Positions 9,300 through 18,464 are shown, numbered from the stretch's first letter. The stretch: DNA of 64,000 bases from Candidatus Woesearchaeota archaeon (GCA_964513145.1 CAZELK010000005.1:1-64000); one strand, 5' to 3'. A program made the numbers and translations. Notes: generated from the letters alone by a model not told the origin.

Positions 9300-9701
9300 A
9301 TCTTTTGGTTTTTTAATTTCAACAATATCAGTTAATTTCTCAAAATGATTGTCTGTTGCTATCATAACAGCTTCGTTATCTCTTGCCAAAATTGCGTGCA
9401 AAACATCTTTTTTTGGAATGTTTCTCTTAAATGCTATTTGTTTAGCCTCAATTAATTGATTTTTATTGGAATGAACTTTTTTTATATTATTAGCTTTAAA
9501 AATTCTGAAGATTGATTGTATTTCTTCAGAAGCATAACTTAATTTTTTTAATTCCATTATATGCAAATCAGATAAAATTAAGGCGGCATCTTCTTCAATT
9601 AATTTTAATATTATCTTTTTAATTAGTTCTTCACCCATATTTCTTTTTTCATAAACATCCAACAATATAGATGTATCTAAATTATAAATCCCCATAAACA
9701 T
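9291..9701 (-). CDS. PIN-domain protein
   Basis: LDTSILLD, DVLHAILARD, IATDNHFEKL; likely start MGIY at 9695. Confidence 0.85.
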   Translation of the reverse strand: MFMGIYNLDTSILLDVYEKRNMGEELIKKIILKLIEEDAALILSDLHIMELKKLSYASEEIQSIFRIFKANNIKKVHSNKNQLIEAKQIAFKRNIPKKDVLHAILARDNEAVMIATDNHFEKLTDIVEIKKPKDLL

Positions 9702-9738
9702 TAGTTAAGTAAGTTAAATTTTGTTTGAAATACTCACA

Positions 9739-12384
9739 TTAATCAGCACAAGTTTTTATTATTTTACCATCTTCAATTTTTATTTCACAAGTGTTTTTTT
9801 CTGTAGAATTTATTCCGAGCATTGACAGTTTATCTGTGTTTAAACTGATTTCTTCAATTGGTATGTCATGGTTTTCTTTTAAAGAATGGTAGGCTGTGCT
9901 TAACAAGCCGTTTTCCATTGTGAAAACTTCATCCCCCTTTAAAATTAAATTTTCATTATTTGTCAAGACTTTAAAGGTTTTTTTCTTTATTTCCTGGAAT
10001 TCTGTTTGTTCCTGTGCCACACTTAAAATCGGATATCTAGAACCGTCCCTGTAAATTGTTATGCCTTTAAGCCCTTTTTTCCAAGCATCAAAATAAATAC
10101 TTGAAACCATTTCAGGCTTAATGCTTTCAGGCAGATTTACAGTAGAAGAAATACTGTGATCAATAAACTTTTGACACGCACTTTGGACTTCGATTCTTTT
10201 TTCTGCACTAATAAAATGAGCTGTTCTAAAGAAAAATGATGGCAACACTTTTCTTAATTCATCCAAATTAGTTATATCCTTTGCCTTTTCAGTTAATTGC
10301 TTTAAATCAATAAAAGACTGGACTGTTGGATGAAATACATTGTAAAATTTCGAACTTTCTTCCTTGTTTAATGTTTCTGACCTTCTTTGATAATACAAAG
10401 CAAAAATCGGTTCAACACCAGAACTAACACCAACATAATAATTATTTTTATTTTTAAAACCCAAGACTACATTTGAGATTGTACCTGTTGGTGCAATTGT
10501 CAAAATTGCTATATTTCTTAGTCCTCTTTTCTTTATACTATCTTTTACTTCCTGGCTTAATGCTTCCTGAAAAAACGGACCTTTTGAATAAGCTTCGTAA
10601 TTAAATATTGGTGAAGGTTCTTTTTCTTCAGCCAATAATGAAGAAGCCATGTATGCTGTATTTGCTATAAATTCCATAACTTCAGATATTAAAGACAAAC
10701 CTTCTTCAGAATCATACCCTATTCCCAACTGATTTAACATATCTGCAATACCCATTACACCCAAACCCAAACGTCTTGTTTCTGAAGTAGCCAACCTCTG
10801 TTTTTCCAATGGGTTAAGGAACATATTCCATGTAATTGTATTGTCCAGGAACCTAGTAACTGTTATTACTGCTTCTTTTAATGAATCCCAGTTTATTTTT
10901 GCATGTTCAGTGTAACCATTGTCAACAAACCTTGATAAATTCATGGCACTTAAATTACATGCGCCGCCATCTTCAAGAGAAATTTCTCCGCACGGATTAG
11001 TAGTAACAATTTGCCTTCCAACGTAATTTGAGGGCGAATATTTAACCATTCTTGACCAGAATATTAAACCTGGTTCTGCAGTTTTATAATTGCTGGCTAC
11101 AAATTTGTCCCAAATCTCCCTTGATTTAACTAATTTTTTTATTTCTTTTGTCTGATCAGAATTAAAATATAATAAAAAATCACCAGAGTAATGTACTGCA
11201 AGATCATGCTCTGGAAGAGATAAAATAAAATCCCCAAAAATATTTCTTAATTTCTCATCTTTTAACATTTCTTCTGTCAATTCCTTTTTGTAAGTTATTA
11301 AAAAATTATTTAGTTCTGGTACAGAATCAAATTTTTCTATTAACTCATAATTGGAAAGTTCTTTTGATGGTATGCCATAAGAATAATGAATATATCCCTG
11401 CCTTGTTTCTTCAGGCTCATCATTTTTTAATCTTTTATAAACAAGAATTTTGTCAGCCCCATAAAGAGTTTGTTCTTCAACAGAATTCATAAATTCATCA
11501 GTTACTTTCATACTTACATTAGCAAACCTTACCTGGGTATTTTCACGAATTTGACGCTCTATTTCATTTAACTGTGATTCATCAAATAAATTAGACCATT
11601 TACATTGATCCACAATTTGTCTTGTTACCCAATTAGGGGTTCTTTTTACATTAATAAAATTGAATACATCTGGGTGTTTTACATCTAAAGTTAACATCAA
11701 GGCTCCCCTTCTGCCACTCTGGCCAATCAATCCAGTAGTCAATGAATATATCTCCATAAATGAAACAGCGCCAGTTGAATGATTGGCTGCGTTATGAACT
11801 AATGAAAAAGCAGGTCTTAATGAGGACATATCAACGCCAATTCCACCACCATAAGAATAAGTTCTTGCACATTCATAAGCTGTTTTGTAAATACTTTCAA
11901 TATTATCTTCTTCAATTATTGAAACAAAACAATTGCCCAATGTTTTTAATCTGTATAAATCCCCAGCTCCAGCAATGACTCTTCCGCCAGGCAAGAAATG
12001 ACCTTCGAATAAATTATTATAAAATTTAACTGCACATTCTTCTTGTTTCTCTTTTGTCAATTCTACTGCAGCTAAAAAAGCAGCCAGTCTTGCAAAAGTC
12101 TCTTCTGGCTTTGTTTCAATTAATTCATCTTTTAAATTTTTTAAAAAATATTTGCTTGAATAAATATCTTTAGCTAATTTGTTATTGCCCAAGTATTTAT
12201 TTTCCAGATGCATAGGCAATTTACCATTATTTTGAAGGTCTCTTAAGAAAAATAAAAGTGCTTTATAATTTTTGATATATTCTGGTGGGGATAATTTAGC
12301 AACCTTGCTTTTATGTGAGAACATTAATTCTAATTCGTGATTAAAATTATTTTCAACCTCTGTTTGAGATATAGTTTTATCCAA
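9739..12384 (-). CDS. nrdJ: Class II (AdoCbl) ribonucleotide reductase, intact, no ATP-cone
   Basis: LGNCF, GRRGALM, TNPCGE, GACNL, TIAPTGTIS, GITIYRDGSR, C-terminal Cys pair; TTG start after GAGGTG. Confidence 0.93.
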   Translation of the reverse strand: MDKTISQTEVENNFNHELELMFSHKSKVAKLSPPEYIKNYKALLFFLRDLQNNGKLPMHLENKYLGNNKLAKDIYSSKYFLKNLKDELIETKPEETFARLAAFLAAVELTKEKQEECAVKFYNNLFEGHFLPGGRVIAGAGDLYRLKTLGNCFVSIIEEDNIESIYKTAYECARTYSYGGGIGVDMSSLRPAFSLVHNAANHSTGAVSFMEIYSLTTGLIGQSGRRGALMLTLDVKHPDVFNFINVKRTPNWVTRQIVDQCKWSNLFDESQLNEIERQIRENTQVRFANVSMKVTDEFMNSVEEQTLYGADKILVYKRLKNDEPEETRQGYIHYSYGIPSKELSNYELIEKFDSVPELNNFLITYKKELTEEMLKDEKLRNIFGDFILSLPEHDLAVHYSGDFLLYFNSDQTKEIKKLVKSREIWDKFVASNYKTAEPGLIFWSRMVKYSPSNYVGRQIVTTNPCGEISLEDGGACNLSAMNLSRFVDNGYTEHAKINWDSLKEAVITVTRFLDNTITWNMFLNPLEKQRLATSETRRLGLGVMGIADMLNQLGIGYDSEEGLSLISEVMEFIANTAYMASSLLAEEKEPSPIFNYEAYSKGPFFQEALSQEVKDSIKKRGLRNIAILTIAPTGTISNVVLGFKNKNNYYVGVSSGVEPIFALYYQRRSETLNKEESSKFYNVFHPTVQSFIDLKQLTEKAKDITNLDELRKVLPSFFFRTAHFISAEKRIEVQSACQKFIDHSISSTVNLPESIKPEMVSSIYFDAWKKGLKGITIYRDGSRYPILSVAQEQTEFQEIKKKTFKVLTNNENLILKGDEVFTMENGLLSTAYHSLKENHDIPIEEISLNTDKLSMLGINSTEKNTCEIKIEDGKIIKTCAD

Positions 12385-12585
12385 ATTTTCACCTCTTTTT
12401 ACTTAAGGACTTTTTTATATAAATATTTTGTCTTTTAATTGAATATATTTACAAAACTTAAACATTATTTAAATATTCCTTAGTCACTTTTCGGTGGGCT
12501 GTTAAATTTTTACAAAATGCACTATTAAGGCTTAAGTACATTAAATAAAAATTGAATTTTAAGCGAAAAAACTTCATTAAAAAGG

Positions 12586-12615
12586 TTTAAAAAGTATTCT
12601 TCAAAATATATTTTA
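12586..12615 (+). repeat. 30-bp direct repeat, copy 1
   Basis: TTTAAAAAGTATTCTTCAAAATATATTTTA, identical at 13429-13458. Confidence 0.9.
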
Positions 12616-12640
12616 TTAAATATATAAATAAAGCTATTAA

Positions 12641-13111
12641 TTATTTAAAAAATCTTTTTAACCAAATCATAACCTGTATTATAAAGTTATTTTTTTTAAT
12701 TTTGAAATATTTATTTATAAAATATCCCGGATTAACTATCTGTATATTTTTATAACTCTTTAGAGTTAATAAATGTTTATCCCATGAAACTATAAAATCT
12801 GCATTTACTTCTGAAGCGCATTCTATAAATTTATTATCATCAGGATCATCTTTGATTACATTTATTTTTTCTTTTGGTTCTATCACTTCAGCATAAGATA
12901 AAATTAAAGCTAACTGCCTCTCAATTTTCTCTTTGGGTTGTTCAAATTCTTCTATTAATTTTTCTTCCAATTCCTTTAAAATATCTAACGAAACAAAAAC
13001 TTTAATTTTATTTTCTAAAGCAAGTTCAATAATTTTATGCGAACTACCAGTGAAACTAATTATAGAAGAAATAAAGACATTTACATCCAAAACTACATTA
13101 ATTTTTAACAC
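12641..13111 (-). CDS. PIN-domain putative toxin
   Basis: VVLDVNVFIS, DDPDDNKFIECA, IVSWDKHLL. Confidence 0.9.
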   Translation of the reverse strand: MLKINVVLDVNVFISSIISFTGSSHKIIELALENKIKVFVSLDILKELEEKLIEEFEQPKEKIERQLALILSYAEVIEPKEKINVIKDDPDDNKFIECASEVNADFIVSWDKHLLTLKSYKNIQIVNPGYFINKYFKIKKNNFIIQVMIWLKRFFK

Positions 13112-13394
13112 CTCTTGATTTATGGATTAATTTATCAATATTATGTTCGCTTACTCCTTTCTCTTTACTCCATCTACTTCCCCAAGCAGTTAATTCTTTA
13201 AACTCTTCTTTAGGATCACTTATTTTTACTTTTTTTATAATCAAAAAATCTTTCATTCTACTTAAAACAACTGTAGATCCAATTTTAAGGTCTAATTCCT
13301 CTCTAAAATGTGCTGGTATTACAACCTGCCCTTTTGTTGAAATTTTTGTTATTTCCATAAATTCACACTCCAGTAAGAATGTAATACTTTCCAA
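13098..13394 (-). CDS. AbrB/MazE/SpoVT antitoxin
   Basis: TKISTKGQVVIPAHFREELDL; real start may be MEITK. Confidence 0.88.
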   Translation of the reverse strand: MESITFLLECEFMEITKISTKGQVVIPAHFREELDLKIGSTVVLSRMKDFLIIKKVKISDPKEEFKELTAWGSRWSKEKGVSEHNIDKLIHKSRGVKN

Positions 13395-13428
13395 CTTAAA
13401 TAACTTTTGCTCGATATAAATATAAAGA

Positions 13429-13458
13429 TTTAAAAAGTATTCTTCAAAATATATTTTA
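13429..13458 (+). repeat. 30-bp direct repeat, copy 2 (promoter region of ThiF gene)
   Basis: Identical to 12586-12615; ends 1 nt before ATG 13460; contains TTTAAAAA TATA-like box. Confidence 0.9.
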
Positions 13459-13459
13459 G

Positions 13460-14401
13460 ATGAGATATATAAGACAAGAAAGATTCGTTGGTAAGGATAA
13501 ACAGAACCAAATAAGAAATAAAACTGTCGCTATAGTTGGTTTGGGTGCTTTGGGGAGCGTAGCCAGTGAATTATTAACCCGGGCAGGGGTAAAAGAACTT
13601 ATTTTGATTGACAGGGATTTTGTTGAATTGAGCAATTTACAAAGGCAGGCTATATTTTGCGAAGAAGATATTGATAAAAGCAAGGCTTTAGTTTTAAAAG
13701 AAAAATTAAAAAAAATAAATAATGAAATTAAAATAAATGCTTATTTTGATAATTTAGACAATGATAATATAAATTTAATTAAAAGCGATTTAATTTTGGA
13801 TTGTACTGACAATTTAGAAACAAGATTTTTAATAAACGAATTTTGCATTAAAAATAGGATTCCTTTTATTTACAGTTCTGCTATAGGCGATTCTGGATAT
13901 GTATTTAATATAGTTCCTGGAGAAGCTTGCTTTAACTGTATATTTAAAGAAACAAATGGGCTAGAAAGCTGTGAAACATTTGGGGTATTAAATACCATTA
14001 CTCATTTAATTGCTTCTATACAAGTTAACGAGGCTTTAAAAATTTTAACTAATTCTGACTATGAAAAATACCTAATTTATGTAAGTTTAGAAAATAATGA
14101 GCTTGCAAAAATAAAAGTTAATAAAAATAATGATTGCGTGGTTTGTGGAAATAAAATTTTTGATTATTTGGAAGGCAAGAAAAACAAAAAAATAATAAAA
14201 TTTTGCGGAAGCTCCATTTATTTAATTAACGGCAACTTTAATTTGGAAAATATGAAGAAAAAATTAGAAAAAGAAAATATTTTTTTAAGTGATAAAGCAA
14301 TTCATTTTAATAATATAATAATTTTTGATAACAAAGTACTGATTAAAGCTAAAGATGAAAAAGAAGCTAAAAGTCTGTATTCAAAATATATTGGAAATTG
14401 A
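13460..14401 (+). CDS. ThiF/MoeB/E1-like activating enzyme
   Basis: VGLGALGS, DRDFVELSNLQRQ, DCTDN, two CxxC zinc pairs. Confidence 0.92.
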   Translation: MRYIRQERFVGKDKQNQIRNKTVAIVGLGALGSVASELLTRAGVKELILIDRDFVELSNLQRQAIFCEEDIDKSKALVLKEKLKKINNEIKINAYFDNLDNDNINLIKSDLILDCTDNLETRFLINEFCIKNRIPFIYSSAIGDSGYVFNIVPGEACFNCIFKETNGLESCETFGVLNTITHLIASIQVNEALKILTNSDYEKYLIYVSLENNELAKIKVNKNNDCVVCGNKIFDYLEGKKNKKIIKFCGSSIYLINGNFNLENMKKKLEKENIFLSDKAIHFNNIIIFDNKVLIKAKDEKEAKSLYSKYIGN

Positions 14402-14517
14402 GAGGGTGACCAGTGGTATCTTAACAAATTTTGCTGATTCTCACAAATGTTTTTGCTACTGTGAATTTATAATGCAGTTTATGTAATTTTATTCAGTTTT
14501 TTCTAATAACCATTTCC

Positions 14518-14562
14518 ATTGTTAATAGATATATTTAATATATTTCTTCTATTGTTAATAGA
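14518..14562. promoter_or_regulatory. Paired ATTGTTAATAGA boxes, probable orphan operator
   Basis: 12-mer at 14518-14529 and 14551-14562; second copy lies in palindrome TCTATT-N3-AATAGA; abuts a short decayed MEMVIRK ORF on minus strand. Confidence 0.4.
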
Positions 14563-14594
14563 AATATAAATTAACATGAAAGATAAGGATTAAT

Positions 14595-15323
14595 CTACCT
14601 AAGCTTTTTCAAAACAAATTCTTTAACAATCTTAAAATCTAAGATTTCGTCTAAAACAAACGGTTCAAGCTCTTTTTTCCATAAAGAATTCATGTTATCA
14701 ATTCTTTTCTCAATCTTTTTTAAATCGAACTCTATTTCAAAAATTGCCAACTTTCTGCTAATTAATTTTTTATCAACCTCTACAAATTTAAGTAAAAAAA
14801 ATAAATCATATAGATCTCTTGCTTTTTCTCTAGTAAATAAAGAGTGTATTTTTTCAGCAACAATCTCTCTTAAACTTAAAGCCCTAATAGAAAATGGATT
14901 TATATCAATATAATCAGAAACATATGATTTAACATCAAACTTTTCTAAAATAATGTTGTTGATATTTATATCTATTCTAACAGTATTGTAATCTGTAATT
15001 ATACCCTGAAATCCAACTTTTATAAAAAAAGAATTCTTTGTTTTCTTTATCTCCTTAATCTTTGCCTCTTTTATATTACTTATTGCTTCTGAGATTATTT
15101 TTTCAATATCAAAATCATTAATTAATGAAAAATCCAAGTCTTCTGAAAACCTTCGCAACCCATATAATTTGTATAATGCGGTGCCTCCTTTAAATACAAG
15201 GAGATTGGTTTTTTTATAAATGTTAAAAAGTATTAAATCCTGAAAATAATCTTTTTCTATGTGTTCTTTATTAATAAGCCCTTTATTTTTCGCTGTTTGC
15301 TGCAAAATGTCTTTTGTTATCAT
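14595..15323 (-). CDS. AbiEii-family nucleotidyltransferase toxin (type IV TA)
   Basis: EKDY, VFKGGTAL, RFSEDLDF, AEKI, KARDLYD. Confidence 0.92.
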   Translation of the reverse strand: MITKDILQQTAKNKGLINKEHIEKDYFQDLILFNIYKKTNLLVFKGGTALYKLYGLRRFSEDLDFSLINDFDIEKIISEAISNIKEAKIKEIKKTKNSFFIKVGFQGIITDYNTVRIDININNIILEKFDVKSYVSDYIDINPFSIRALSLREIVAEKIHSLFTREKARDLYDLFFLLKFVEVDKKLISRKLAIFEIEFDLKKIEKRIDNMNSLWKKELEPFVLDEILDFKIVKEFVLKKLR

Positions 15324-15992
15324 TTATTTTAAATTATCAATTAATTTCCACTCCTTATTTTTTCTGCCAGTTCTCCTTGCTAAAGGATCCAGATAGACAT
15401 ATTTATTATTTATTTTACTTTTTAATTCAGAAACATCAAACCCATTATTTTCAAGAATATAGCCAATTCTTTTTATTATACTGCTTTTCCCAATTTTTAT
15501 TAAGTATTCTTTAATTAGATTAATATTTAATGATTCTACAGCTTCTTCAACAACAGAAAAAGGGACTACTCCAATTGAATCAATTATTGCTTTTTCTGGT
15601 GTGGCTATTGGAATTTTAAACCCCAAATAATTTTTATTTTCAAATCCAAAAAAGTATTCTGTATGGAAAAATCTTATTTTAGTGTTATACTTAAATTGTT
15701 TTTTGTTTTTTGTAGTAAAACAAAATATATCTTTTGGAATCTGTGTTATTAGTTTGTAGTAAGACAATGCAGAAACAGAAGAAATATAACTTGGCTTTAC
15801 TAAAAAACTACTAATTAAAAGCGGATCATCATGAAAAGTATATACATCTTTTTTTATTCTCTTTATCTCGTTTTCTTTCTTCAATCTTCTTAATATTTTT
15901 TTTGCATATTGTTTTCCAGATACAATCTGAGATACATCTGCAAGAGAAAATACAGGAATCTCTTTTAATTGCTGGATTTTTATATCATACAT
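15324..15992 (-). CDS. AbiEi-family antitoxin
   Basis: N-terminal wHTH, PSYIS..SALSYY.LITQIP, IATPEKAIID; abuts AbiEii. Confidence 0.88.
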   Translation of the reverse strand: MYDIKIQQLKEIPVFSLADVSQIVSGKQYAKKILRRLKKENEIKRIKKDVYTFHDDPLLISSFLVKPSYISSVSALSYYKLITQIPKDIFCFTTKNKKQFKYNTKIRFFHTEYFFGFENKNYLGFKIPIATPEKAIIDSIGVVPFSVVEEAVESLNINLIKEYLIKIGKSSIIKRIGYILENNGFDVSELKSKINNKYVYLDPLARRTGRKNKEWKLIDNLK

Positions 15993-16087
15993 AGAAATAT
16001 ACTTATTATAATATTTATAAACTTTTCTATACTGAAAGTGGATACTTATATCTACTTTCTAGTTATATTATTTCAAAACTATTTAAA

Positions 16088-16159
16088 AATAATGTTCTGA
16101 GTGAAGCTAAGGATGAAAAAGAGGCTATGAGTGTTTATTCTAAATTTATTGGAAGTTAA
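16088..16159 (+). pseudogene. Diverged duplicate of the ThiF gene 3' end
   Basis: NNVLSEAKDEKEAMSVYSKFIGS* versus ThiF end NKVLIKAKDEKEAKSLYSKYIGN*. Confidence 0.8.
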
Positions 16160-16168
16160 AAACAAATA

Positions 16169-17023
16169 TTAGTCATTTAATCGTCTTTTATGAACTGATA
16201 AATATCTTCTTAAAAAATAATTTACAAAGTACTCTTCATCTTTTTTAAATGTCTTGTAATAGGAAATTCTTTTTTTATATTCTATTATTATCATTGGATA
16301 ACCAGAATTCCATAAAGTATGATTAATAATTAAACGCCCGATTCTTCCATTTCCATCGCCGAATGGGTGGATTTTTTCAAACTTATAATGAGCTCTTGCT
16401 GCTAATTCAACTGAATGAATCTTTGAAGTTTTCAGAAATTTTATAAATTCTGACATTAATCTCTTTATATCCTGCCAATCTGGTGCTAAATACGAACCAA
16501 CCCTAACTAAATAATCCCTATATTTCCCAGAGATCTCTTTTTTAGTTTCTTTAAAAATCTCATTATGCCATTCCAACAATAAATTATTCGTTATTTTTTT
16601 ATTTTGTTTTAGTATATCTAAAAAAACTTTAGCATGACTTTCAATTTCTTTTATATCATTTAATGATTTATTTGGGGCTATCTTTTCCTTTATTATCTCT
16701 CTCGTCTCTTCTAATGTTATTGTGGAACCCTCTATTGCATTTGTATTGTAAGTAAAGGCTATTGCTAATTCTTCCAACTCTTTTTGTTTTACAGAGTCTG
16801 GTATTTTATGCCATTCGTTCTGAAAATTATATTTTATTTTATCTAATTTTTGATAAATTTCTTTTTTATATTCTTTTACTAAATTGAGTTTAATTTCTTC
16901 TATGTTTTTCGGGATTTTTTTTCCCAAATAAATTTCTTTTGTGATTACCTTATTTTTTCTTCTAAAAGAATACTGCAAGTAGAAATATAATTTATTTCCT
17001 TTCTTTCTTTTAAAGACTCTCAT
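16169..17023 (-). CDS. Fic-domain protein
   Basis: HPFGDGNGRIGR catalytic motif; TNAIEG inhibitory motif (class II Fic). Confidence 0.93.
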   Translation of the reverse strand: MRVFKRKKGNKLYFYLQYSFRRKNKVITKEIYLGKKIPKNIEEIKLNLVKEYKKEIYQKLDKIKYNFQNEWHKIPDSVKQKELEELAIAFTYNTNAIEGSTITLEETREIIKEKIAPNKSLNDIKEIESHAKVFLDILKQNKKITNNLLLEWHNEIFKETKKEISGKYRDYLVRVGSYLAPDWQDIKRLMSEFIKFLKTSKIHSVELAARAHYKFEKIHPFGDGNGRIGRLIINHTLWNSGYPMIIIEYKKRISYYKTFKKDEEYFVNYFLRRYLSVHKRRLND

Positions 17024-17114
17024 TAAATATTATTACCATTACATTATATTTAAATATTGCTATTTTTATTAATTTGTAATTGTATATTTTAATCTAATTT
17101 TAATCCATTTAAGT

Positions 17115-17801
17115 CTAAGTAGAATTAACTATTTGGTGTTTTGAAGTTAACGTTTTTGCAATACGCATAAAAACACAATTATCTTTATATTCAGGATTCC
17201 AGTGAAAGATATTAGCCCATAAGTTATCTGCATAAAATACTGCTGCTCTTTTTTCTATGGGCTGCCAAAAACGAATGCTGCCTTCAGAAATAGCTTCTCT
17301 TGGGAGACCTTGCTTAGTTGAATTTTTTAATAAATCAGCTAAACTTATTCTTTTATATCTTTGCAAAGTATCTACATTTAACGGTTCAAGGATTTCTACT
17401 AAATCCCCAGAACTAGCTATTTTATGGTATATTGTATAAAGAACGCCATTTCTTATTAAATAAAAATTATCCAGCCATTCTGCTTTCCCAGATATGGGTC
17501 TTAATATATCTTCTAAGGCAATATTTAATTGATCCTTTTTTATTTTCTCCCCATTTCCATCAAAGGCCTTTTCTGAAATTAATAATTTAATAAACTTAAA
17601 AAATAATGAATAATTTAATAAAAAACTGCCTGAGTTTTTAGCTAATCTTTGTGCTTGGTAATAATCAATGTTTTCATAAAATCTTGGTAAAAAAGGAAAT
17701 AGATTAACCAATAAATCTGGATTATCTTCTGTTTCTGGAAGAATTATATAATTTGACAGGTCTTGTTTGGTTTTTATAGGTCTTTTATTGATAAACATCA
17801 T
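17115..17801 (-). CDS. Hypothetical protein resembling DPANN DGR-target (CLec-like) family
   Basis: AEWLD...EPL...TKQGLP...G...FWQP...AAVFYA motif string; family call from memory only. Confidence 0.45.
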   Translation of the reverse strand: MMFINKRPIKTKQDLSNYIILPETEDNPDLLVNLFPFLPRFYENIDYYQAQRLAKNSGSFLLNYSLFFKFIKLLISEKAFDGNGEKIKKDQLNIALEDILRPISGKAEWLDNFYLIRNGVLYTIYHKIASSGDLVEILEPLNVDTLQRYKRISLADLLKNSTKQGLPREAISEGSIRFWQPIEKRAAVFYADNLWANIFHWNPEYKDNCVFMRIAKTLTSKHQIVNST

Positions 17802-17954
17802 TAATACTTGTTTAAATTTTGATTTATTAAAACTTTCTAGCTGAAAAAGTATTATTTCTTAAATAATATTTAATTAATCTTATTTAATATACTAATAGAA
17901 ATATTTAAATAGATATTATTCTTATTTAATATCTATTATTAAATAATAAATAGG

Positions 17955-18464
17955 ATGGATAGTGAGAAAATTGGCAAAGAAAGTAGGGATGACTTAGTTA
18001 AGGAATTTCTTGAAATTTTAAAAGAAAAATATGATTTACAAAATGAAGATTTAATAAAATTATTACAAAAAGAAGACACTGCAAACATTCCATGCTCTAT
18101 TTTTAATGAAAAATTAGGTTCTTTAGAAAGCATTGTAAAATATCTGAAAGAAGAAAGAGAATTTAATTACAAAAAAATAGCTTTCTTGCTTCACAGAAAA
18201 GATGGGCCAATAGGAGTTACATACAGAAATGCAAAGAAAAAGTTTGATGAAAAATTAAATACAGATTCTAAATATTTTATTCCCTTAACTATTTTTTCAA
18301 ATACAAAATCAAGTGTTCTTGAAAATATTGTTTCTTATTTGAAATCTCATTATTCTCTGAATTTCAATGAAATTGCCAATTTATTGAAACGTGACTACAA
18401 GACTATCTGGACAGTTTATCAAAAATTTCTCAAAAAATCAAAGCTAAACAAGCATGAAAAATAA
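17955..18464 (+). CDS. Tandem-HTH transcription regulator-like protein
   Basis: Two internal repeats (LESIVKYLKE..YKKIA.LL.R / LENIVSYLKS..FNEIA.LL.RDYKTIWTVY); TCTTATTTAATAT repeated upstream at 17878 and 17920. Confidence 0.7.
   Translation: MDSEKIGKESRDDLVKEFLEILKEKYDLQNEDLIKLLQKEDTANIPCSIFNEKLGSLESIVKYLKEEREFNYKKIAFLLHRKDGPIGVTYRNAKKKFDEKLNTDSKYFIPLTIFSNTKSSVLENIVSYLKSHYSLNFNEIANLLKRDYKTIWTVYQKFLKKSKLNKHEK

Noticed and set aside
10900-11700. Intein in the long NrdJ insertions
   Set aside because: No Cys/Ser start with His-Asn end and no endonuclease motifs; the insertions look like ordinary loops or domains.
12385-12585. Cobalamin riboswitch upstream of nrdJ
   Set aside because: Too AT-rich; no conserved B12-box or stems recognised.
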